Origin: Phallusia mammillata | Lineage: Eukaryota | DNA length: 64,000 nucleotides | Assembly (NCBI GenBank): GCA_965637545.1 | Contig: OZ281500.1 | Coordinates: 7,254,001-7,318,000 of the forward strand | Direction of reading: 5' to 3' | Shown: positions 47,741-60,400 of the stretch, piece after piece | How the letters are laid out: every line of letters begins with the position of its first letter | How positions within the stretch are numbered: position 1 is the first letter of the stretch | The notes under the pieces: model-generated | Database searches by the model: none | The model's input: only the letters and a program-made list of their open reading frames with translations | What the model was told of the DNA's origin: nothing | Program-made: the position numbers and the translations under genes

Positions 47741-50700
47741 ATGGAACAACGTGAACAAGTAGGGCGCAAGGGGTCGTTTCCCAATGCAAGACACTGGAGT
47801 TGCAACACGTTATTTGTGGAAAGTGGAAGACCCAGTTTTGTCGGAAGAGGAAGTTTCGGACATGTAGTAAAGGCCTACAGAAAGCATTTTGGAACTGTAG
47901 CGGTCAAAATTACCAGCGCTACAAACATGCAAGAAATAGAAAAATTTAAAAGAGGTATCTACGTAGTTTTGATATGAATATTCCATCTGTAGGATATTTG
48001 GTTGCAACCTAGGCTATAGCCTCCCTACAAGTTTGACCAAGTTTTTATGGTGATTATATTGACTACCAACAACAACAACTGTAAACTGGGCCTACACGCT
48101 AAACGAACCCTACTTTAAGACATCATATCAGCTTAAGTGTTTGTAGTCAGATTAACACAATTGACACACAGTGGCGTAGGCAGCCAAACATTTTGGGAGG
48201 GGCCAAATGATTTGTTGTCTAATACAACTTTTTGCTAACGCCTTTTTGCTAATCGGCGTGCTTTTACCAAACACGTGACTTCCAAACTGTGGTTCGACTG
48301 GTCAGCCAAACGCTTCGTTGATTTATTCCATGTCTGCATAAATCAAAAAAGCATGGATTTCGCCTAACAACTTGGTGACAAAAGTCATTTTTGGTAATTA
48401 ATTTAATTCCTTTAATAGTTGAGAGACGAAACCACAATGATGAAGGACGAAAATACACTAAATTAAAGTTTATCAATTTACAACTTTGAAAATTTGGGAG
48501 GGGCCATGGCCCCTTTGGCCCCTCCCTGGCTACGCCACTGTTGACACACTATGGCCCCTGGCATTTGGCATTCATCCTTGTTTGTAAACCTATGCAGTTT
48601 TATTGGTTTTCGTGGGGCTACTCTAAAATACGCAATCTACGCAATCTACGCAATCTACGCAATCTACGCAATCTACGCAATCTACGCAATCTATACGCAA
48701 TCTACGCAATCTACGCAATCTACTAACAAAAACTAACTAAGATGTTGACGGTTAGGGCTATTAGGGTCAGGGTGAGGGTTTGTGATACAAATAACTTTAA
48801 AATTTAATTTCAGATGCCTTTCAGGTCTAATTTTCTCACAAGTGTTAACATGCGGTACCATACAGTGTTTAGTACCACTCTCAACACGTATGAGAATATT
48901 AAGTCCAAACTGGACATCCAAAACTAAATTATAGTGTTATTTTTATTATAAACCCTCACCCAGACCCTAAAAACCCTAACCAGGCTAACCGTCAACATTT
49001 TTAAAAGTTGCATACGTTTTATAAGTAGATTGCGTACAGATTGCGTATTTTAGAGTAGCCCGTTTTCGTGGACCTTTAACGTCCAATGTATACAGGCTGT
49101 CTTGCACATTTTAGCCGAAATTATTACACCATTGTTATGTGGTTATACTGTGTTAAACATTTTTAGATAATAATATTGTTAGTACCCTTAACAGTTTTTG
49201 TATGATCCATTTCTGCGAAATGATATTTTGTATGGGCTAATATTGGTATAGTTTTATAAAATTATTCAACAAAAGGCTTGTTTTGCATTCTTCAGAAGCA
49301 GATATGCATGTCAATGCACAAACTTGCAAACATATCATTAATATAATGGCTTGGATTGCTGATTACGACCTTGGAATAGTCGGATTTGTAATGGACTATG
49401 CAGAAAACGGAACAGTCCATGGATTGTTGCATACTTGGGACGGAGAAATACCACTGGAACTTAAAAAACGGTAAATATGTTAATTATTGTTGTTGGTGTT
49501 TCCCGTCGGTTTCTTGTTGTGTCTAAAGATTTGATGTTACAAACTTTTATATCTCAGTTAAAACGTAGGCTATATGACATTGTATTTTTAGGTTTGTGTT
49601 TGAATTCGCATCTGGTTTAGATTTTCTGCACAACGTAAATACAGATCAACGGATTCTCCATCTAGATTTAAAGGTAACTTTGATAACTTTGTCATGCCTC
49701 AATTTAAAACAACATCGTTTTTTACTTTTTTTAGCCTTTCAACCTTCTCCTTGATGTCGACCTGCACGTAAAAATTTGTGATTTTGGTGGCAGCGTTTTA
49801 AGCACCATTACCGCCGACTGGTCGCACGCAAGACAGTTGGAAGGGTCGGTTGCCACTATGGTTTATTGCTCCCCAGAGCGACTGCAAAGCCCAAATATGC
49901 ACCCTGACTCAAAAGTAGGTTATAAACAAATGTATTGTGTAGTAGACCGTGTTAAGCGCGTGAATAAACAGAATACTGAAAAAGACTATATATTTTTATC
50001 ACCTGTGCTTGAAAAAGTATGTCTGATTTCGTGTCATGCATTATCTTGCTATTCAGTATTTGACGTAAAACGTACAATTCTATACCACAAATTCAGGCAA
50101 GGTTCCAAAACATTGTTACTGCTTTACTTTATTATGTTGGTTCAGGTGGACGTATATAGTTTTGGGGTTTCGGTTTGGCAAATCTTGGCCCGTGAAAAGC
50201 CGCTTCAACGCGTTTTGACACAACAACTCCGTAGCTTTGTGGTCGACCAACGTGGCCGTCCTGAAATTTATCCCCGAATGCGAAACGAGGTAAGCTGGCT
50301 TTAACCGTCTGGTTTGCATAATAATTAAACCAATCGCTTTGTTTCTGTTAAGAGTGATGCTCTTTGCTCGTTGGTAGAGCAGTGTTGGGAGCACGAACCA
50401 CAAAGGCGGCCAAGTGCAAACGGAATTGTTACAATTTTAGAGTGCAACTGTCCAATTGATTATAAACAAGTTGCCCGTCAAGTAAGTGATTTATTTCTTT
50501 TGTGACCAACAGGAACAAACTTTATTTAAGACAACCAAAACAAATCTTTAGGTTTTGCGTTTATGACTTTCGCGGTCGTAATATTTGCTTATGACCTTAA
50601 ATACCTAACTAATATACCAGATACATCAACGATATTTCTGTCAATGCCTATATATATATATATATATTACAGGTGTCGAATATCATTCAAAGTTTAGAGA

Positions 50701-51808
50701 ATTCGCCCCCGCTGACAGAGGAAACTGCTCAAACCCCACTTCTTTCGATGTTTGGCACCAATCAAGGCCATCCGTACTACTTTCCACCAAATGAAGGGCA
50801 ATTTCAACCACCACCTATTGTATATCAGCCTCCTGTCCGAACACACACACAAGGTGGGTAAATGCATCTTAATCGTATTAACTTTACTTAATATCAGTTT
50901 CAATATAAGGAGAATCTCCAGCAGCACAAAATCGAAATTCGACTGCACGTAGCAGGGCGAGGATGACATCTACAAATTCAAGTACGACCAGAAATTCACC
51001 CGTTCTTCCCTGTAACAATGCGCCCACACAAAGCGATACATTTTCGGGCGACGAAGAGCCAGGACCATCAAATAGACAACCAAACAGGCTTCGAAATATC
51101 TTGCGGACCGGAAAAGGATTATTGCACACAGCAAAGAATACACTGCCGCCACCGGCGGCAAAACTCTTCCACTCAAGCTTTTTGAACAATTATCCACTGA
51201 ATCCTAGTAAGCTTTTTATTCTTGCGTGTAGAAGTTCAAAATTGGCTATGCTTTAAGTGGTTGCAGCCTATTGGTTATAAGCAGATGATTTTTTAGGTAT
51301 TGCACATTCGACTACAAAAAGAATAGTCATAATTGGAGATTCGGGTAAATCTGATGTTATTACTGTCCTTAACACTCTGGATAAGGTAAACCAGTGCTTA
51401 AACGCGTTACATTTCAATAGTGTTCACCCGATTATCAAACCATTTGTTATTCAGAACAGGCAGGTTGTGTACAACGTTGAAAAAGGTGCTAAAGCTTTGC
51501 GCGATGGTTGCAACCTTATCATCTTGAGTTTTTCACAAGATCAACCTGAAGACTTCAAGAAGTTGGAGACAAAATGGATGAAACGAGTGAACAGCTCAAA
51601 ATCAAGCAAATCACCCAAACTACTGATTATGCTTGTAAAGCAAATCGCTGGACGTCGGACCGGTACGCGATCCTTGCACAACAAGAGCGAGTTGGAACAG
51701 CTTGGTCGAAAAATAACGGCCCACTGTTTCGTCCTGCGTGAAAATCAACAAGACGACCAGGACAGTCTGTTAACACTTGTAAGAGAATTGACGCAAAATC
51801 GACGTTAA
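47741..51808 (+). CDS. RIPK-like (TKL group) Ser/Thr kinase with an atypical C-terminal domain, about 610 aa
   Basis: Exons 47741-47954, 49296-49470, 49592-49673, 49735-49914, 50146-50289, 50353-50481, 50673-50853, 50922-51206, 51297-51385 and 51455-51808 total 1833 nt in frame. Motifs VGRGSFGHV, VAVK, GFVMDYAENG, ILHLDLKPFNLLLD (HLD as in RIPK4/ANKK1), KICDFG, DVYSFG and QCWEHEPQRRPS. Confidence 0.85.
48169..48540. mobile_element. Non-autonomous hAT-type MITE in kinase intron 1
   Basis: TIRs CAGTGGCGTAG / CTACGCCACTG. TSD TTGACACA at 48161-48168 and 48541-48548. Same TIR class as the element at 4120-4734. Confidence 0.9.
48615..49061. mobile_element. Foldback/Mutator-like element with 9-bp TSD in kinase intron 1
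   Basis: TIRs GGGCTACTCTAAAATACGCAATCT / AGATTGCGTATTTTAGAGTAGCCC. TSD GTTTTCGTG at 48606-48614 and 49062-49070. About 10 tandem TACGCAATC units in the left arm. Inner inverted block ATGTTGACGGTTAG / CTAACCGTCAACAT with TTAGGG-like units. Confidence 0.88.
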
Positions 51809-53286
51809 GTTTTTTTTCAAAAGTTAAAAAACATATATCACACAAGATTCACAATACACTGTAAGTCATCAGGGGCCGTTTCGGGTTTGGTATTTCAATA
51901 CCCGTGAGTAAAATTTAACAAAGAATGAATTTTCCTGAAGAGACAATGCAAACAATATTGTTGTGGTGAGAATTCAGTAAACAGAGTATCGCATCCTTTT
52001 TTAATTATTGTCGGGTATCGCATCGTTTTCCAAACATTTTTTGCGAGACCGAAGTCAATCCTTTAAGTTGTGTTTTCATAGCGATATTACATGAAACTAC
52101 CTGCAGGTATGAAAAACTTTTTGTGTTAGTTTCGCAGTACAGTTGAGTGTTTCCTATTTCTGTATAATGTTTTTATGTTTTAAATAGTGTTTGAAAGTTG
52201 TGAATACGAAGTTCATGTTTTAGTATGATTAATTGCGTGTGTGACTGATCGCGCTAGTTGTGTTTATATCTGTGTTTTTGTGGGATTTAAACTTCTTTTT
52301 GGTCCACTTTAAACTGTCAGGTTTAAGGAAATTCAAAACTGTTTTGGTTCTTTTGTTCCATATCGTACATCCCATTACTCATATAAGCATCCAAATTCGC
52401 AGTACGATGTAAAACTTTGCAAACCGAACAATTTTTGAAAATGTGACCTTTGGTGATCAAGCCTATATTTAAATAGAATCCATAAGGTGTATCACGTTTA
52501 TCACATGACACAGTGTACATTTAAAATTTGCACAACTAGCATCACTCACTTTACACAACTTAACACGTACACTACCGTCAAACGTACAACGTAAAGCGCC
52601 AAAGAACTGCCACATAAAAAAGAGCGCCAAAGACCAAAAACTGTCAGCAGCAACACTTTCCGTAACAATTGGTATTTGAACTAACTTTTTTATTGTATTG
52701 TTTTTATGTGAATGAGCTAAGTAAATCTGTTTAAAAGTTAGTATTGTAGAAATATGTTTGTCGAACTGTTCTGTCTGTTCCGTACTACTGCGGTTCCACG
52801 GAGCTAATAGTTACGTTCTGCCAAACTCCTCTGTAATGTTTTTGTTTCCGACCAGCTATGTTTTGTTTCGTTTGAAATATTCTTTAATTGACTACTGAGC
52901 CACCCTGATTTTATCTGTCGTGCTACGTATGATATATTTTTAGCCGCTTTTCCACCAATGAATTAAGGTTTATCATTCCGTTGGTACCGGTTGGTAACCG
53001 CACAAGCTTATTATCGCTGTTTTTATGTGTATTTTAATGCTGTTGTCGCTTTTTTAGAGAAAATGGTCTTTTATGATGTGCTATTATCCTAATAAAGGCG
53101 TCTCGCATGGGACGTCGAAATGTCGATTTGTTTCTAATAAATAAATATTTCTAATAAAAACTGCTGGAAGAACATTACTCGTCAACATATTATGCCTGTC
53201 AGCAACAGCTTATTTACACATGACGTTTTCCACTGTTAAAATTAATAAAAGATGAATGAAATGAAAGAATGAAAGTGATGGTATAA

Positions 53287-53614
53287 CAGAGCCGGCAACC
53301 CCTGGCACGGTTTCCAGTATTGACGCATAAGGTGGTTTTCAATAGCATGTCAAGTGTTTTTCGATGTATACTTTCGATAAGTACAGTTTAATAGAATTAA
53401 AACTATTAAATCGTTTCGGAATGTAATGATGTAGTAGTACCACAAAACCCAGTTTACAAATACAAATCATACTGATACTGGTATCTGATTACTATATAAA
53501 CCAGCTGACACAAACCGCTAATAAACACAGAATGTAGGAACGCGAATCATTACCACTTTTTGAAAGAAAATTAAGTATATTGACACACGGCGTATGAAAA
53601 GTTGCCGACCTCTG
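53287..53614. mobile_element. Degenerate hAT (Charlie-like) MITE
   Basis: Ends CAGAGCCGGCAAC...GTTGCCGACCTCTG resemble CAGGGGTCGGCAAC-type TIRs. No matching TSD remains. Confidence 0.5.
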
Positions 53615-54412
53615 ACATAGTGCTTTGCAAACTTTATTTAAAGCTACCCAAGTACTTTTGTCTATTTTGCAGAGTTTTGGTTGAACAAATTTTGTTCAAA
53701 TTTTGCTAACATAAAAATATATGTTTCTAGTTTCATAACCGACCACTTCGAAAGAGAATGCTTAACAGTTCTATAAAATATCAGTCCGGTTGTCCGCATA
53801 ATATTTTTTTAAATGTTACTGTCGAAATACCCAACAAAGGCACAACAAAAGAACAACAAAGTCGACTGAATAAAGGTTCTTTATCTTTCCCTTTACCACG
53901 CGAATGATTTTACCATCTATCAAGTAAAAGGTTTATGCAAAGTGTAGTAATAAATTATAATTTTTACTCGTTTGCATCTCACTTTACTCGGTTTTGCAAT
54001 TACAAGAAGGTTTTGCAATTTACCGTCCAATCCAAATAGTTTGCCGGCATACCATCGAAATTTTATTAGGTGCGATACAATTTCTATTGTGTAGTAAAAA
54101 GATCGCCGACGCCAGAAGAGATACTGAGTTTTCTTTTCATAACTTGTGTCGTTTTCATTGACTCGCTCGATTGAGCCCTCGAATGGGATAGGAGAATTGA
54201 CATTAAGATGTTATGTATGTTTCAGTTTTCAGGAATTACAATTTATGACAGACGCTTTGATTTTCGGAAATCATGATTGGCATTTAGGACTACTTCTTTC
54301 GTAAATGTATTTTGTTTTAGCATAGGGCAGGCAACAAAAATTTGCACCAGGGACTCGTTCTGCTTCAATTTGGAAAACTATTCCGGATTTATGCATTCAT
54401 TAAATAAAAAGT

Positions 54413-57400
54413 ATGATGGTTATTCATGATGTATCCTGTCCTATAAAGGTATGTTTTGTTTGACCCACTTTATATGATAGTTTATTAACATCCCTTCAAC
54501 ATTCAGAATGCCATATGGAACTGTTTAAATCACTATGCTTATGGTGATGCATTGTTTCTTGCAGAAAGACTATTTGCGGAAGGTACAAAGTAACTTTTTT
54601 AATTGTGAATTCTAAAAAAATACAATGTACTTCTGTGATGTTTACCTAAACTTTATTCTGCTTTAGTTGGATCCGACGACGCACTTTACCTTCTAGCCAC
54701 TGCATATTATCGAATTGGAAAGCCCAAGATTGTTCAAGTTTTACTGGAAAAACATGGACTTCGGTTGCCGGAGTGCAAACTTCTTTATGCTCAAGCTTGC
54801 TTTGACCAGTCTGAGTATGTGTTAAGGATTATACAACTGTAAAACTCTTCACAATAAGCAACAAATGTAAAAATACTAAATTTTACAGATATGTTAAGGC
54901 AGAACACACATTGACAAGCAGTGCAATGAAGTTCTCAAACATAACTACAATGCTTGGGGATATTTCAGTTGAGTTTGGTGATGCCAGTTGTTTTGCCTTG
55001 GCCCTCCTGGGGAAAATGTATCAAAGGACCGAAAGGCCTGAAATGGCCGAAAAATGTTTTTCAATGAGTTTAAAGCTAAATCCATTGCTTTGGACCTCAT
55101 TTGAAAGAATGTGTGAAGCTGGAAAAAAGCCTAATCCAGAGGAACACTTTCATGTGGAAGTACAACCCACTGTAATTAATACCCAAAGTAAGTTTGAATT
55201 ATTGCAAATCTAATACCTGTATACTTGAAGTGTTGTATATATCAGTACCTGGTAATGTTGTGTGTTGTTGTGCAGTCAATACACCCCAAAATGTTATGCC
55301 TACACGAAAAAAGAAGGGAAATGCTGTAAAGGTGCTCGCCCCCAGTCAAGTTGGCTCCAACACTGAAGGGACAGAGCCATTTTCTAATCTTTCTGAGAGA
55401 GTATGATTAATTGTTTATTGTGAGGCCATAGTTTAACTTAATTTCGCTTTTTAACCTATTCTATTTTTTTGGAAGATCGCAGACCCGAAAACCAATATTT
55501 CTAATGTAACACCAAGTGCTCCTGTGTCGACACCCCCCAATAGCACAGATGGTAAATATTTAAATAAAATTCCACAAATAAAATTTCTTACATACAAACA
55601 TTATTCTTGACAGTTAATCGCGGCTCAGACCGCTGCACCACTGGTAGTAAGGATTCGTCCACATTGGATCAAACTGCAATGGATTTTTTCAGAGTAAGTT
55701 TCTTGGTCTTGTCAATGCCTGCTTGAATTATGTGCTTGTTTGGATTTCAGTCTACACCATCAGAGCAAAATGAGTGGGACAGCTCAATTGACTCCTACAC
55801 GGGACTGAGAAGTGCAGCAAGTGACCGACGTTATATTAGAACAAACCTCCAGGGTACAAAATCCTTAGTAGGACCTGCTGCCTTAAGTCCACTCACACCA
55901 AGGTATGTGGCTAAATGAATTTGTTGTGCAATTTAAATGCTTAAGTGATGATATTCGGAGACAAGATTTCTAAACTTGATGTGTTGTTTTGGTAGCTTTG
56001 GTGTAATGCCTCTGATTGAAACCCCAAGTCCTGCATGGGAAAGGTCAAAGGCAATGGTAACACCAACTGACATGGCACCTCCTCCAGTTGACCGAAAAGT
56101 TCCTGCTAAAAGGGTAAGTTTTTGGCTTTATAAATCAGTCTCAGAAGTAAGTAAAACCATTGCACTAAATGAACCAATGCCCAGTGTAACTGTGATTGTA
56201 AACCATTTTTACATCTAAAAAGTTGCTTTTGAATTTAAAAGATACTTTTCAGAATTTAGATTGAATAAGTGGCAGCATGTATAATGTACCGTAAATGCAT
56301 CTTAAGGTTTTATACTTCTCGTGTGTATACAACCACATTACAATATGTCCTGCTGTTTGATATATATGTGCACATATGTATATGTTCGTATACATAAACT
56401 ACATTTCATGCAACAATGTTGGCAGCTTAAATAATCCCCATCACTAGGTAAACCGTTTGACCTAGTTACTTACTGCTCGATTGCAAACAGATGGCAACAC
56501 GGCAATCTCGCAAAGTGGGTGACGCGCCAACTGCTACGAGCAAACTTCTCTTCTCCTCTGAGAACAGCCGAGCCAATGACCCAACCTGTGAAAGTCCCAA
56601 CCCCGAATCCGCTACAGCAGTGACGACAACTAGAAGAAATACTCGCAGTTACGTTCACTCTACTTCGAACTCAGTTAAGGTAAGACAAGTGATAAGTGAA
56701 GAATAGCTTAAAATGTGTTCAATAGCCAGTTCCCATGCAAAATACTGTTTTTTGGCATTATGTCAAAACTACCTTTTTATTACGGTCATGATTTCCTCTG
56801 TTTTGTGCCCGACATTGATGTTTGTGGTGAACACTAATAACCCCATAAATACGGTTTTTGTCTGCCTGGTGTGGAAACCGACGCTAATTTAACGGACATA
56901 TCTTTGTTGTTGGGAAATCTATTGCAACGAAGTTAGCTGCCAAATTATAATTTTTGCCTTATGTTTTTTTGGCCTCGTTTTGGGCTGTTCCTACTGCTAG
57001 CGATTGTTGCTGTGTTTAGCGTTACTACCCAAAAATCGCAAGTGTATTGTGGTAAAGATATACTTTTCCATCAGTTGATTGATGTTGTTCATTCACTTCG
57101 CATATTCTGTAATTATGGGTCCCCTTCCCTGAAGGGGACACATATTGTTTTTGTCCGTATTTTTTTTTCTTTTTTTCTTTTTTCTTTTTTCTGTCTAACG
57201 CTGGCTTGTGAGACGCGTTTGGTCAAGAAAGAGTGCTCCAAATTTATTCAAATTTACAGAGATGTTAGTTAATAATCCAAATTTGACCCTCCTGAAGTTT
57301 GACCCCGATTGACCCAGCGGTTCACCCACAGGCCCCCAAAACGTGAAATTTTTGAAACGGTTGTACTGACTAAAGTACAGCATCTTGGAGTTTCATGCTT

Positions 57401-60400
57401 TGTTGCTTGGTGCAATGTAAAGTTTTTCAAAGAATTTTGTATCTTTTTTTCGGATTCACCCATTTTTTACCCTTTAAACCCCGAAATAATCGGTTTTAGT
57501 TTTAAGGTAGAAATACATGCCCTATGGTGCAGAAATATTTGAAAAAGTTATCAATTATTTAAGCAGGGTATTCGTTTAGTATTTAAAATTTTGCCAGTTA
57601 CCTTTACAACCCATAATATGTGTACGCTATCAGTCAGATATAAGTCCCAAAGGAGGAATTCACTGGTTTACGATTAAGGCAGCAGAGCGGGAGTGCTCAG
57701 CTTGACGTCTGGACAGAGGTTTTACGAGACAGTCGTTTGGGTGATTAGAAATCAGCTGTTTTTTTGTGCAGCAATGCTGTGTCGTTTTATTGAGTTATCA
57801 CGCGCATTTTCAGTATTGGCGCAGGTTTTACACCTAAGACGTAATTCGAACTCGATAAACGTACTTCGGTTTCGTTTATGTCAGGCAAAACATCGTTGAT
57901 GAACATAAATATGAAATTTAATAAACTTAACTTTTTCGAACGCCGCGATAAATGGTCTTTAAATTCTCGTTGTCAGCTTCGCCGTCTCATAACCACGGGT
58001 CACTAAAGGTCAACTTGTAGGCATTACAACACCGTTACGAATTTTTCGTCATAACGTATCTTTTATATTTTTGACAAATCAAATCAATTCAAGAATCAGT
58101 ACTTAAGTCATGTATAAATTAGTCTAAACGGTATTGTTGAACACTAAGGACTGCATGCTATTAAAAACAGTGTCAAAAGGTCATTAAACGGTCGTTTTTG
58201 CGAAACAAAGTTAAGTGAAAAACAAGTTGTTATGTATACCTTTGTAGCAAACGACTTTTTTTATATAGTGTCTAATACAACAGTTAAGGCTTTCTAGGAA
58301 AATTTGTGTTTAAAAACTGAACTTGAACCACAATATCAAGGTCAAAGCAAGAGATTAAATTGAATGTATTTTCCCCGTTCTTTTTTCACCGATTTTTTTG
58401 TAATTATATGACAATAATGATGCTAAAAGAATACGGAAAAGAACTTTTAAAGTTAAGTTTATGCTTTGTGAAAAATTTGTCCTTAAGAATATAAAAATAA
58501 CCGCCACATAGGTTTACCGTAAATCCGCATAAACACGCGTGTGGGGACCCATTCGTTTTTGCTTGCAAAAACAATCATGTATGTAGATAAAATTGTGTAT
58601 AGTGTAGTGAATTGGTAAATATCGTATAGAATATATAAAATGGAAGTATATCAGAAAGCCACTTTTCTAGTTTTTTGACGTCTTGTTACAGGAAAACGCC
58701 AAGAAACATGTGAAAGGCAAATCGAATCAACCGAAAGATGTCTTGAAGAGAAACGCGCGATTTCGGCAAACGAAATGTAAGTTCATATGTCACATTTACA
58801 CCGTCGTGTGCTCGCTTTATCAATGCCGGTGCGATTTACGACATAATAAAAAAATACATTTTGATCGATTTCACCCAAAATTGCATGTTTCACGGCAAAA
58901 TTTGTTATAACTCATGGCACATGTATTCTTTGCCTTGTAGTAAATGGAGTGTCCAGTCTTTGCAAAGTCGACCTAATATCGTTCAAGCTTTGGTGCAAAC
59001 GATACATTTGTCAAAAGAAAAGTTCCAAGTACATGTTATGTCTGTCACTAACGGTTCAAATACCCCAAATCCCCTTAGTTGCACCAGACCCCTTGATATT
59101 CTCCAGCACCCCAATTATTTACCTGCTTGGTTTAATCAATGAACGTTTTTACTTGTTTATGTCAGTAGCTGGCGATATAGCGGTGAAGGATTTATCTGAC
59201 GAAATCAGCAAAGTGGAGTCTTCGTGCGAAAAATCGTCGAAACCAAGTTCTCCGCAACCATACTCTACAAACCAATATGTGTTGGCGGCCCATAAAACAT
59301 CTATAGGTTTGTTGTTGATTTCCTGTGTATTGACTCTGAGAATACGGAACAGACTTGTGTCTATTATCGTGTGAAGCAAATCGCTGGCCGTATTTTACCT
59401 TGCTACGTTTTACCCACTCAAATAGTCATGCCAAACCGCACACGCAGTTTATGTGTTTAAGATTTATCTTACAAATGCACATCTTATGAACAACAATTGT
59501 TGTTCATGCAAATAATGGTTCTCGAATTTAACCTTTCACCCTATTAAAGTAATGCAGTGGTTCCCAAACGGAAAGGAACTTTAAAACTTGAGGGAAGGAT
59601 TTTTTTAAATTTAGTTTAGCATATACCATTTAGTATTAGGTACGATTGAGAATCTTTTGAATTGTTACGAATTTGCCAATAAAGGTTGGTAACCACTCAA
59701 GTAAAGCATATAATTCAAAACGCATTATTTCTGTTGTCACGAAAAAACGAAACAATTTTTTAACAGATGGCCTCATGACATTGCTTCGGGACATGGGAAA
59801 TGCGTTACTCGCTCTTTGTCAGTTCGATTGCCGGAAAGCCGTGCAATATATCGAGTCGCTACCTCCGCACCAGCGCGCCACCACGTGGCCACTTTCCGCT
59901 CTCGCAAGGGCTTACTTCGAGATGACCGAATACAAAAAGGTAGGAAAACCGGATAAATAGCGCTTGCATTGGTAAAATAACGTTTGATTAGAGGCCCCCA
60001 TCATTCATCATCGCACAGTGTTTTCGTTGCGTTGTGACATGCTTGCGTTTAATTCTTTTTTCTTTGTTTATCGTGCACGCGCATTCAGCGTTATTTACCC
60101 TGATGAATGCGACCTGTATAGAACGTCGAAACGTTGGTATAAAAATACAATTGCCAAAAGAGCTCTATAAATTTGCTATCATGCCTTGAAGCAACAGCTT
60201 ATATACGTTTGTGGTAAACATTGTACTAAAAAAATATCTAGATCAGCTTATATAAGGGTATGAGTCACTTAAACAGTTCATCCCGGTGTAACCTGTACCT
60301 GTGTGAATCACAAGCACGAGTCTATGTAGGGCAGCACTATTCATAATTCAACTCAATCTGGAAAACGAGCGAGTTTTATCCGACTTTTTACTGTGATGCG

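Noticed and set aside
48541-48736. ORFs with (RNL)n, (YAI)n and (TQS)n repeats
   Set aside because: Translations of the 9-bp TACGCAATC array of the foldback element.
50673-51206. RHIM motif in the kinase linker
   Set aside because: No (I/V)Q(I/L/V)G core is present; the linker is only P/Q/S/T-rich.
52323-52520. 65-aa ORF with a CxxC..H pattern
   Set aside because: No splice context, further ligands or element ends; probably chance or an unrecognisable relic.
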